Shown in pieces: positions 1-8,578 of a stretch of 54,657 bases of DNA (its first letter is position 1; each line of letters begins with the position of its first letter). The position numbers were made by a program, and so were the translations under genes. The notes beneath the pieces are model-generated. The model saw only the letters and a program-made list of their open reading frames with translations, made no database searches and had not been told where the DNA came from. Source of the stretch: Nanobdellota archaeon. GTDB lineage: Archaea > Nanobdellota > Nanobdellia > PEZQ01. The stretch is taken from contig JAAOXS010000005.1 of assembly GCA_018220985.1 (NCBI GenBank), positions 1 through 54,657 on the forward strand. The letters are read 5' to 3'.

Positions 1-356
1 CTTAAGTGAGTTGTTTTCCCACCTGGCGCGGCGCACATGTCTAAAACTTTATCTTTTTCTTCTGGTTTCAACCATTGAGGTGGGATTAGTGATGTTAATT
101 CTTGAACGTAAAAATAGCCCAGTAAATATTCAAGAGTTCCTCCTAACATTTTTCGTTCCCGTTCAATTACGTAACTGTTTTGAGGGAATCCTTTTTTTAG
201 GACGAATCTTTGTTTTCTTAATCGTATCGCAAGTTGTCCTGGAGTAATTTTTAGTGTGTTAACTCTAATGCTTCGTTTAATTGGTTTGAAACATGTGTTA
301 AAAAATTTTTTTCCGAAAGCGTTTTCGTAACGTTCAATTATTTCTTGCCGGAACAT
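1..356 (-). CDS. RsmB/NOP2/NSUN-family RNA m5C methyltransferase (5' part; runs off the window)
   Basis: Manual translation from ATG at 356 is open to the edge: MFRQEIIERY...SIRVNTLK...GYFYVQELTSLIPP...VLDMCAAPGGKTTHL, containing the family SAM-binding motif. Not in the ORF track. Confidence 0.92.
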   Translation of the reverse strand, partial: MFRQEIIERYENAFGKKFFNTCFKPIKRSIRVNTLKITPGQLAIRLRKQRFVLKKGFPQNSYVIERERKMLGGTLEYLLGYFYVQELTSLIPPQWLKPEEKDKVLDMCAAPGGKTTHL

Positions 357-366
357 AAATTATTTT

Positions 367-1572
367 TCACGTCACATAATTAAAAGGATAGTGTTTTCCA
401 CCGCCATTAATCATTAAATCATTCAAGTAATCATTATATCCTTTTATCACTTTATTACAAGTTTCATTTGCAATTTCTTTGTTCACTTCCTGTTTTGATG
501 ATACGCCAATATAACAGTCTTGTATTGGTTTTCCAATTTCGCTAACTATCACTACTTGCGAGCCTACGCCTGTTCTTTCCCAAATTTTTTTAGAAATTTG
601 CTGAGCCCATATGTTATAAAATCCTCCAACGTGTCTTGTTAAATTCTTACCTGCGATGGCTTCAATTGTTTGCGGTCGAAAAGGAGTTATCATACCAGTA
701 ACCCTATTACCTCTACCAACTTGTCCATGATCAGCGTTCTCAACTGATGACCCTGTAACTAATAAATAATAATTTTCTTCATTCGTCCCTTTTTTCGGAG
801 TGTCATTTTGGTTTATGCTCAACCTTGAAGGTTCAGGTAGTTTGTTTAATATTTTTTCTTGAATGTAACTCAAGTGGTTAAAATAATCTTTCTCTGAATT
901 AACACTTTCATCTTTTATTCCAGCTGCAAGTGTGAAAACGTATTCGTCATTTATTCGTCTGCCCATGATTTTAACATCTGTTCCCAAAAATTTTTTGTTC
1001 TGCATTATTTTTTCTAATTCAATGTTAACATCATACATTGTTTGTTCTAGTTTAGTTAGTGGATAATGTCCTGTCCCAAACGACGTGTCATTCGCAAAAA
1101 GTCCTTGAGAGTAAGTATTTGATAACGCTTGACTGCTTGTTGAAACATTAGAAATATCCAAATCCCATTCCACTTTCATTCCAATACTTTTTCTAAAAAG
1201 AGCTGATGCGGAAAGGGAAACTATTTGTTTTAAAGGAATTTCAATATTTCCTTGTTTTATTGTTGCGTTACCTGCAAGAATAGTGTTAAATGGTTTAATA
1301 ACTTCACCACCACCCCATTTAATATTAACTTCCCCTCCTGCAAGTAATATTTTATCAAAATTATGGTGAGGTACTTGTTCTACCCCTACTCCCAACTCAT
1401 TCATCCACCACTTCGCGTAATCTATAGATATACGTGAAGCAAGAGCATCAGATAATGTGTCAGGATGACCTTTTCCTTTTAATTCCGCGATTTCAAATTT
1501 ATTATCGTCAGGTGTTTTAAAAATTTTATCCAAAAATAGTTTATGTGTCATGAAATACAAAGAAAACAACAA
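367..1572 (-). CDS. mat: Archaeal-type S-adenosylmethionine synthetase (likely start ATG at 1551)
   Basis: Motifs ELKGKGHPD, HHNFDK, GTDVKIMG, GQVGRGNRVTG, EAIAGKN..HVG. Confidence 0.9.
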   Translation of the reverse strand: MLFSLYFMTHKLFLDKIFKTPDDNKFEIAELKGKGHPDTLSDALASRISIDYAKWWMNELGVGVEQVPHHNFDKILLAGGEVNIKWGGGEVIKPFNTILAGNATIKQGNIEIPLKQIVSLSASALFRKSIGMKVEWDLDISNVSTSSQALSNTYSQGLFANDTSFGTGHYPLTKLEQTMYDVNIELEKIMQNKKFLGTDVKIMGRRINDEYVFTLAAGIKDESVNSEKDYFNHLSYIQEKILNKLPEPSRLSINQNDTPKKGTNEENYYLLVTGSSVENADHGQVGRGNRVTGMITPFRPQTIEAIAGKNLTRHVGGFYNIWAQQISKKIWERTGVGSQVVIVSEIGKPIQDCYIGVSSKQEVNKEIANETCNKVIKGYNDYLNDLMINGGGKHYPFNYVT

Positions 1573-1608
1573 TTTTTATATAGTTTAAGTTATAGTTTTA
1601 TTAATAAT

Positions 1609-1625
1609 TATAACCAGTAGTTATA
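1609..1625. promoter_or_regulatory. Candidate operator palindrome TATAAC-N5-GTTATA in the divergent promoter
   Basis: Perfect 6-bp inverted repeat abutting the start of the HTH gene; AT-rich, so it could be chance. Confidence 0.4.
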
Positions 1626-2155
1626 TGATTACAGGGTATTTGCTTTTAGATAAGAGAAAACAGTTGTGTTTAAGTCAATTGGAAGTTTCAAAAAAAGTTG
1701 GTATTTCTCAAGCGCACTTGTCTAAAATAGAGTCAAGCAAGGTTGATCCGAGATTATCTTCAGTTAATAAGTTATTAAATTTGTATGATAATTCTACTAA
1801 AAAAACAGTTGCGCTTATTATGGGTTCATCAGTTATTTCCGCACGTTCTTTTGATTCTATCCGTTCTGTTGCTAAAACAATGCGTTTGCATAACATTTCT
1901 CAATTGCCAATAATTGATTCAGGTATTGTTGTTGGTAAAGCATGTGAGGAAGATATAGTACTAAATCTTCGTAATGGTTTAGGTAAAAAAAGTGTTGGCA
2001 AAATAATGGGTCATCCTTTTCCCATTGTGCATGTTGACGAGCCCGTAAAAAAAATTAAGGATTTAGTTATGAATAGTAAAGCAGTGCTTGTCAGTCGTCG
2101 TGGTAGTATTGTTGGAATTGTTACAAAGTATGATTTATTAAAATTAGTAGAATAA
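1625..2155 (+). CDS. XRE-HTH + CBS-pair transcriptional regulator
   Basis: N-terminal LSQLEVSKKVGISQAHLSKIES..DPRLS helix-turn-helix followed by two CBS repeats (ISQLPIID, VGIVTKYDLL). Confidence 0.88.
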   Translation: MITGYLLLDKRKQLCLSQLEVSKKVGISQAHLSKIESSKVDPRLSSVNKLLNLYDNSTKKTVALIMGSSVISARSFDSIRSVAKTMRLHNISQLPIIDSGIVVGKACEEDIVLNLRNGLGKKSVGKIMGHPFPIVHVDEPVKKIKDLVMNSKAVLVSRRGSIVGIVTKYDLLKLVE

Positions 2156-2194
2156 TAACATTTTTAAAACAATTATTAGTAATGTTTTCTTATT

Positions 2195-2310
2195 GGGCCC
2201 ATGGCGCAGTTTGGTAGCGCGCTGGTCTTATAAGACAACCTCTGAAACAGTCAAAAAAGAAAGTGTTCTAGGATAACCAGAGGTCATCGGTTCAAATCCG
2301 ATTGGGCCCA
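2195..2310 (+). tRNA. tRNA-Ile(UAU) with 42-nt intron at 37/38 (2233-2274)
   Basis: Acceptor GGGCCCA/TGGGCCC, anticodon stem CTGGT/ACCAG, anticodon TAT at 2229-2231, T-arm ATCGG-TTCAAAT-CCGAT; bulge-helix-bulge with CTTA pairing to TAGG. Confidence 0.9.
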
Positions 2311-2383
2311 TTTTATTATTTTTTTTGTTTAAAATTAGTAACCGTAAGCTTTTAAAAACAATAATTCCGTTTGAAATTGAATC

Positions 2384-2458
2384 GCCCTTGTAATCTAGTC
2401 CGGTCAAGGATCCCGGCCTCTCAAGCCGGAAACCCGGGTTCAAATCCCGGCGAGGGCA
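2384..2458 (+). tRNA. tRNA-Glu(CUC)
   Basis: Cloverleaf GCCCTTG/CGAGGGC, anticodon arm CCGGC-CTCTCAA-GCCGG. Confidence 0.95.
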
Positions 2459-2501
2459 TTACCCTAAATTTTTTAAAATAAAACATTATGGATATTAGTT
2501 A

Positions 2502-3308
2502 ATGAACATTTTAAGACGTTTAAGAATAAATCATGCATTATACACAACATCTTTCGCATTGATTGGTTGGATTTTTTCGGGGTTTCAGGTAAATAGTGAA
2601 TTCCTTATTTTAATGGTTTCATTATTTTTTTTTAACATTTTTGCTTTTGTTTACAATGATTTTATTGATGCTCCTTTTGACGCTAAAGATAATCATAAAA
2701 GTAAAAGAAACATTTTTTGTGATAAAAAAAATTTAAAATTTGGAAAAACAATTTCAGTTTTTTTAATAATTTTCGTGTTGGTTACAGCACTTTTTGTAAA
2801 CACACAATATTTCTTTTTATTATTAATCATGTTATCACTTATGGTTTTGTATTCAGGTCCCGTGTTTCGTGCAAAATCTAGACCTTTTTTTGATGTATTG
2901 TTTCATGCAACTTGGGCTGTTTTAGTTTTCTTCGCTGGATACTATTATTTCTTTAGTTATAGTATAGGGTTAATATTAGGAAGTATCTTAATTTTCTTAT
3001 TATCTTCCATTCAAGAGATAGGTCAAGAAATCCGTGATTTCACTATAGATAAAGAAACAAATCAAAAAACGAGTGTACAAGTATTAGGGTTAAAAAATTC
3101 AATTATTTTAATCAAAGGAATAATTTATATAATTCACATAATATTAACTCTCGGATTTCTGTTTATGAATCATTCCCTACTTTCAATCATTAGCATAACC
3201 ATACCATTATTGAATATTTTTAAAATAATTGATTTCAAAAAAAGTTTTGGAAAATTATGGTCAACTTTAACACTTAGTTTAATGTTGCTCTTCATAAGTT
3301 TATTTTAA
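2502..3308 (+). CDS. UbiA-family prenyltransferase
   Basis: Polytopic membrane protein with NDFIDAPFD and EIRDFTID aspartate motifs and YS.P.FRAK.RPF.D. Confidence 0.85.
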   Translation: MNILRRLRINHALYTTSFALIGWIFSGFQVNSEFLILMVSLFFFNIFAFVYNDFIDAPFDAKDNHKSKRNIFCDKKNLKFGKTISVFLIIFVLVTALFVNTQYFFLLLIMLSLMVLYSGPVFRAKSRPFFDVLFHATWAVLVFFAGYYYFFSYSIGLILGSILIFLLSSIQEIGQEIRDFTIDKETNQKTSVQVLGLKNSIILIKGIIYIIHIILTLGFLFMNHSLLSIISITIPLLNIFKIIDFKKSFGKLWSTLTLSLMLLFISLF

Positions 3309-3360
3309 AAAACCAATAAACTTTTTAAAAACATTTTTATTCTTTTTAAATAGTTATAAC

Positions 3361-4380
3361 ATGAATAAAAAAAAACGTATTAAAGTATTATTTATATTAG
3401 AAATAAAAAATATTTTAAAGTTATCAAAAATATTAAACGCTGATAAAGATACGGGTTGGTTAAAAACATATTTATTCAGTTTAAAAAATGAATTTAAGAA
3501 AAATGGGGTGGATGTTCATATAGATAATTTAAAAAAACCAGATATCATTGATATTCATATTCCAGGTTATAATTGTCTAAAATATTTGGTTAATAAAAAA
3601 ACGCCCATAATATTACATGGTCATATATCTCCAGAATCATTTCAGTTTAACAATTTATCTTTCATAACTAAAATTTTTTATAAATATTGGTTAAAAATTT
3701 TATGTAAACGCGTTGATTTAATTATTGCTCCGTCAAAGTATGCAAAAAATGAATTTGAGAAGATTTGTGATTGTAAAATACAAGTCATTAGCAATGGTGT
3801 AAATTTAGAAAGATTTTGTTATAGTTCAAAAAAAAGGGATAAGTTTAGAGAAAAGTATAGGATAAAAAAAGACGAATTTGTATTATTATCTGTAGGTCGA
3901 ATTGATAAAAGAAAAGGTTTCGATCAATTGTGTGAAATTATGAAAACCATACCAAATATTCGACTTGTTGTTTGTGGAAGAGAGAAAAAAAAATTTGATT
4001 TTTCAAATAACGCTATTTTTACAGGGTTCATTGATGATATAGAATCAGCTTACTGTGGCGCAGATGCATACATTAGTTTATCCAAACAAGAAACACAGGG
4101 ATTAACAATTCTCGAAGCCGCTGCTTGTAAATTACCTTTAATTTTAAGTGATTTACCCGTGTTTAAAGAGTGGCTTACTCCAGATGTAGATTGCATTATA
4201 AGCAATAATTCTAATGTAATCACAAAATCAATTATGAAACTAAAAAACAAACCAAAAAAAAGAAAGCAGCTTGCGAATAATGCTTATTATAAAGTTAAAA
4301 GTTATCATAATATCAAAGAATGTTCAAAGAAAGTTATTAAAGAGTATTATCACATTTTAAATAAACAAAAAAGTAATTAA
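3361..4380 (+). CDS. GT4-family glycosyltransferase
   Basis: VISNGVN, VGRIDKRKG, ETQGLTILEAAAC (E-x7-E) motifs. Confidence 0.9.
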   Translation: MNKKKRIKVLFILEIKNILKLSKILNADKDTGWLKTYLFSLKNEFKKNGVDVHIDNLKKPDIIDIHIPGYNCLKYLVNKKTPIILHGHISPESFQFNNLSFITKIFYKYWLKILCKRVDLIIAPSKYAKNEFEKICDCKIQVISNGVNLERFCYSSKKRDKFREKYRIKKDEFVLLSVGRIDKRKGFDQLCEIMKTIPNIRLVVCGREKKKFDFSNNAIFTGFIDDIESAYCGADAYISLSKQETQGLTILEAAACKLPLILSDLPVFKEWLTPDVDCIISNNSNVITKSIMKLKNKPKKRKQLANNAYYKVKSYHNIKECSKKVIKEYYHILNKQKSN

Positions 4381-4447
4381 CAAATGGCCAGCACGTATCC
4401 CTAATTAGAAACGTTTAAAAGTGATTCTCTAATTTATTTTTGAAGTA

Positions 4448-4576
4448 ATGAAAAGAAGTTCGCGTAATTGGAAGAAGACTATTGGCAGACGTGGTAAGCA
4501 CAGATGTAGGTGGAAAACCCGTAAGAAACGTATGAAAGAACGTAAAAGAAAAGCAAAAATGCGTAGAGGAAAGTAA
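4448..4576 (+). CDS. rpl41e: Ribosomal protein eL41/eS32-like small basic protein (42 aa)
   Basis: Manual translation MKRSSRNWKKTIGRRGKHRCRWKTRKKRMKERKRKAKMRRGK resembles archaeal L41e (KRSSRxWKK...RWK..KKR); TATA box at ~4414. Confidence 0.75.
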   Translation: MKRSSRNWKKTIGRRGKHRCRWKTRKKRMKERKRKAKMRRGK

Positions 4577-4604
4577 ATTAATATTAAATTCCATCTAACA
4601 CGTT

Positions 4605-5642
4605 ATGCGAATCAAAAAAAAACCCCAACTTGTCAAGGATCTACTTTTTACAAGTAATATTCGTTTCACTTTCTTCAAGAACATAGCTCAATTTTTTGTA
4701 GGTGCACTATTTTATCTACTTACTTTCAAAGAGATTAATTTAATTAATTTATTTTTTGGTGCTTTATCATTCCTAGTAATGTATTCTTCTATTTATTTGT
4801 TTAATGATCTTATGGATTTAGAATCTGATAGAAAAAGAAAAGATAAAAAAAAGTATAAGCCCATAGCGAGAGGAGATTTAAGTATCAATTCAGGAATTAG
4901 TTTGATGTTTATTCTTATAATCATAGGGTTAGTTCTGTCTTTTAAATTAAATAATGTTTTCAAATTATTTCTTGCATTAAGTTTATTAGGTAATTTTTTA
5001 CATAGTTCAGTTTACACTAGGTTTAAGGATAAAAGTTTACCATACATATATTTAGGTAAGGGGCTTGCTGACTTTTCAAAACCAGCAATGGGTTGGTTTT
5101 CTCAAACAATATCATTTGTTAATTTTCCCATATTTATCGCTATGCTTTTAGCATCATTCCAAACATTTGGTTATTATTACCTAACAAAAAAACGTTTAAT
5201 AATTAAAGGTAAAAAAATTCAGGTAAAAGAGTATAAAAGTGCTTTAACAATTTCATTAATAATAATTACATTAATGTTAATAACAGTGGTTTATACTTCT
5301 TTCAAATTTGCTTTAGTTGTAAACCTTGTTATAATAATAATTATCACAATTTTAGCTTCTATTATGAACAAAAAAGCTGATTCTTTTGATATTAATAATA
5401 ATAACAAGTTATATGCAAAAGTTGTTTTACTGTCTCTATTAATAACCCTATTCATTTATATTTTGGGTTTTCCAGAGAATATTGATGCAAATCTTAACAA
5501 ACATACCGAAGAAATTAGGGTTAAAATAAATAATAATTCAATTCAAGAATTTAATAATATTATTAATTGGGTTAAAAATAGTCATATCATGTCAGGTCTA
5601 ACTGAAAGTATTTATAATATCACAATTATAAAAATTGAATGA
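4605..5642 (+). CDS. UbiA-family prenyltransferase-like membrane protein
   Basis: YLFNDLMDLESDR...KPIARG motif and multiple TM helices; second aspartate motif not evident. Confidence 0.75.
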   Translation: MRIKKKPQLVKDLLFTSNIRFTFFKNIAQFFVGALFYLLTFKEINLINLFFGALSFLVMYSSIYLFNDLMDLESDRKRKDKKKYKPIARGDLSINSGISLMFILIIIGLVLSFKLNNVFKLFLALSLLGNFLHSSVYTRFKDKSLPYIYLGKGLADFSKPAMGWFSQTISFVNFPIFIAMLLASFQTFGYYYLTKKRLIIKGKKIQVKEYKSALTISLIIITLMLITVVYTSFKFALVVNLVIIIIITILASIMNKKADSFDINNNNKLYAKVVLLSLLITLFIYILGFPENIDANLNKHTEEIRVKINNNSIQEFNNIINWVKNSHIMSGLTESIYNITIIKIE

Positions 5643-6319
5643 TGAGTAAAATAAAGATCAGTAATGATTATGTAAAAGTTTACATGACTATAATTTCATT
5701 GATATTTGAATTCAGCCTTATACTGTTCTCTTTTTTTATAGGGTACTTGTTATTTTTAGATTTATACATACCACTTCGTATTTTCTTGACACTCTTAATA
5801 ACTAACGTGCTATTTGTTACATTTAATGTTATTTCCAACAAATTTGTAAGAACCATAATAAATTTAACTAATTTTAATTTTTTGCATCATTTTGTAGTGT
5901 TAAGTTATCGTTATAGTATAATGCTCAGCAGGTTAATTTTACTTTCAAAGGATGGAACGGGGATGCCTTCATTCTTTTACAAACTTTTCGGATTGAAAGC
6001 TGGAAAAAATTGTCATATTGGTGGACATATCTTTGAACCGCATTTAATAACACTAGGTAATCATGTTCATATTGGATATGATGCCATATTATCAGGTCAT
6101 ATGTTCAATGATAATACTAAAAAAATGACTGTTGGAAAAATAAATATTAGATCAAATGTTTTAATTGGCGCACGTTCAACAATTTCTCCAAACACGCAGA
6201 TTGGGGATAATGTAATAATTGGAGCTTATTCCTTTGTGAAGATAGGAAGCAATCTTAAAGCAAATAGTGTTTACGCAGGGATTCCAGTAAAAAGAATTAA
6301 AAAAATTCAAAAATCTTAA
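5639..6319 (+). CDS. Membrane-anchored hexapeptide-repeat (LbH) acyltransferase
   Basis: N-terminal TM helices, IG.N..IG repeats, C-terminal YAGIPVKRIK. Confidence 0.85.
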   Translation: MMSKIKISNDYVKVYMTIISLIFEFSLILFSFFIGYLLFLDLYIPLRIFLTLLITNVLFVTFNVISNKFVRTIINLTNFNFLHHFVVLSYRYSIMLSRLILLSKDGTGMPSFFYKLFGLKAGKNCHIGGHIFEPHLITLGNHVHIGYDAILSGHMFNDNTKKMTVGKINIRSNVLIGARSTISPNTQIGDNVIIGAYSFVKIGSNLKANSVYAGIPVKRIKKIQKS

Positions 6320-6361
6320 CTAATAAAAACATTTTAAAGAAGTAATTTATTCTTTCTAATA

Positions 6362-6970
6362 ATGAAGTTTGATATTCAGGTGCATTCACGTTTTTCGCAT
6401 TGTGCTAACATGAATGTTAAGAAACTGTTGGAGAAAATGGATTTATTAGGTTTTGATTACGTGTTCATAACAGACCATAATACTATGCGATTTCATAAAT
6501 ATAACAAGTATAAACAAATACTTCCCGGAATCGAAGTTAAAACAATTGAAGGAGAAATATTAGGTTTATACGTTCAGGAAAAAATCAAAAAAGGTTTAAG
6601 CGTTGAAGAAACAATTGACAAAATTCACGAACAAGGCGGTTTAGCAATTCCATCTCATCCTTTTGACAAATCACGAGAACACTTCAAACACGTTAACTAC
6701 AATTTTGACGCTATTGAAATTTTCAATGGGAGGGTTATATTTCAAAAACATAATCTGCAAGCATTAAACAATGCAAGAGGTTTTGTTAAACTCGCGGGAA
6801 GTGATTCGCATTTCGTAAGCGAGTTCGGCAAGTGTTATAATACTTCACCGTTTGATGACCCGTATAAATCAATTAAAACAGGTAAGGTTAAGTGGCACGG
6901 CTCTTTCAACGGAATTTCAGGACATGTTAAAACAGCTCTTCATAAAAAATTAGGTTTAAGTGTTGAATAG
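6362..6970 (+). CDS. PHP-domain phosphoesterase
   Basis: QVHSRFS, ITDHN, GIEV, SHPF, GSDSH motifs. Confidence 0.9.
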   Translation: MKFDIQVHSRFSHCANMNVKKLLEKMDLLGFDYVFITDHNTMRFHKYNKYKQILPGIEVKTIEGEILGLYVQEKIKKGLSVEETIDKIHEQGGLAIPSHPFDKSREHFKHVNYNFDAIEIFNGRVIFQKHNLQALNNARGFVKLAGSDSHFVSEFGKCYNTSPFDDPYKSIKTGKVKWHGSFNGISGHVKTALHKKLGLSVE

Positions 6971-7011
6971 CAACTTTTAAAAAACCTTTTTTAATATTAT
7001 TTTTTGTAATT

Positions 7012-7095
7012 GCGGGAGTGCCGGAGCGGTCAAACGGGACGGGCTTAGGACCCGTTAGCTTAGTGCTTACGCAGGTTCAAATCCTGTCTCCCGCA
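7012..7095 (+). tRNA. tRNA-Leu(UAG)
   Basis: GCGGGAG/CTCCCGC acceptor, ACGGG-CTTAGGA-CCCGT anticodon arm, long variable arm. Confidence 0.95.
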
Positions 7096-8512
7096 TTAAA
7101 AATTTTTTTGTGAATTCAATTGCCAATTTTGAGAAGTACATTATTTCATATGGTTTTCTTATTTTCCTAATTTGTTGTATCACATATTTTGGTGAGGTGT
7201 AGTATTTTTTTAGGGTTTGGTTTTGTATTCTTATTAGTGTTTGGCTGTTCACGTGTTCTAATTTTTTGTAAGACGGTTGATTGTTGATGAACGTGAATTT
7301 CGACCAGTCTGGTTTTCTTGGTAGTAATTTTTGTTTTTGCATGATTTCGTAAACTGGCGTTCCAGGAAATGGGCACATTATTGTTAAGCATAAAAAATCG
7401 GGCATTAATTCGAAGATTAGTTTTTTTGTTTCTTCAATATCTTTAACTGTTTCTTGCGGATGGTTTCCCAGTATGAATGTTCCTTCAACATATCTTATTT
7501 TTGCCTGTTTAGCCCATTTGAACGCGTTTCTTATTTGCGTTAAGGTTATTCCTTTTCGTATTATTTTCAGTATTTTCTCGCTTCCGGATTCAACTCCGAA
7601 AACCACTTTTTTGCAACCGCATTTCTGCATGTGTTGTAATAATTCTAAATTCACAGTGTTTACGCGTGTATTGCAGTTCCAAGTTATGTTGTTTTGTTTT
7701 AAGTATTTCCCTATTTTTTTGACCAGTTCATGATTTATTGTAAACGTATCATCTTCTATTGTTATATGATTTATTTTGTATTTTTGTTTTAATTCATAAA
7801 TTTCTTGCTTTATGTTTTCAAAGCTTCTGAATCGTATTCTATTTCCATAATTCACGTGCCCTGCGCAAAATATGCATTTTCCAGGACATCCTCTGCTAGT
7901 TATTATTTCCGCTATTCGTAAGTGTTTTCGTGAGAATCCTCTAGACACATGATTTCTTTTGTATTCTCGTTCATTAAAGTAGTGTCTTGCTGGAAAAACT
8001 ATTTTGTTAATATCATGTATTAGTTTTCTTTTCGGGTTAGTTATTATTTTCTTGTTTCTTCTGAAAACTATTCCTTTTATTGTTTTAAGCGGTTTTCGAG
8101 TTTTTATGCAAGTGTACAGTTCTTGTATTGTTTTTTCTCCTTCCCCTTGCACGATTATGTCTATTGCTTTTAATTCTTCAAGTGTTTGTTTAGGCAGTGC
8201 TGTTGCATGCGGTCCGCCTAATATTGTTATTATTTTTTTATCGTGTTTTTTTATGATTTGTGATATTTCGTTAACTAAATGTATTGAAGCTGTTAGGCTT
8301 GTGAAACCTATTATTTTTGGTTTAAGTTGTTCTAGTTGTGTTATTAGTTTTTTTTTGTTAAATTCTTGAACGCAGTAATCAATTACTGTTATGTTAGCAC
8401 GTTTTTGTTCTAAGCTTGCAGCTATGTACGCGAGGTTTATGGGGATTTGTAAAGATACGTAGTTTTCTTGTATTGCTTTGTTTGTTGGTGGTTGTATTAA
8501 GATTACATTCAT
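7067..8512 (-). CDS. B12-binding-domain radical SAM enzyme
   Basis: N-terminal B12 domain (LGGPHAT, GEGE) and TSRGCPGKCIFC CxxxCxxC motif. Confidence 0.92.
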   Translation of the reverse strand: MNVILIQPPTNKAIQENYVSLQIPINLAYIAASLEQKRANITVIDYCVQEFNKKKLITQLEQLKPKIIGFTSLTASIHLVNEISQIIKKHDKKIITILGGPHATALPKQTLEELKAIDIIVQGEGEKTIQELYTCIKTRKPLKTIKGIVFRRNKKIITNPKRKLIHDINKIVFPARHYFNEREYKRNHVSRGFSRKHLRIAEIITSRGCPGKCIFCAGHVNYGNRIRFRSFENIKQEIYELKQKYKINHITIEDDTFTINHELVKKIGKYLKQNNITWNCNTRVNTVNLELLQHMQKCGCKKVVFGVESGSEKILKIIRKGITLTQIRNAFKWAKQAKIRYVEGTFILGNHPQETVKDIEETKKLIFELMPDFLCLTIMCPFPGTPVYEIMQKQKLLPRKPDWSKFTFINNQPSYKKLEHVNSQTLIRIQNQTLKKYYTSPKYVIQQIRKIRKPYEIMYFSKLAIEFTKKFLMRETGFEPA

Positions 8513-8578
8513 TTTAAAGTTTTTTTTAGCTTTTTTGAATATATAATTTTTAAAGGTATTAATTCTTTTTCTATTATT

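Noticed and set aside
11-247. 78-aa plus-strand ORF
   Set aside because: Shadow of the minus-strand RsmB/NOP2 gene, which carries the real motifs
2233-2274. tRNA-Ile intron as a second box C/D RNA
   Set aside because: Only one CTGA, no C box, too short, and no rRNA complement found by eye
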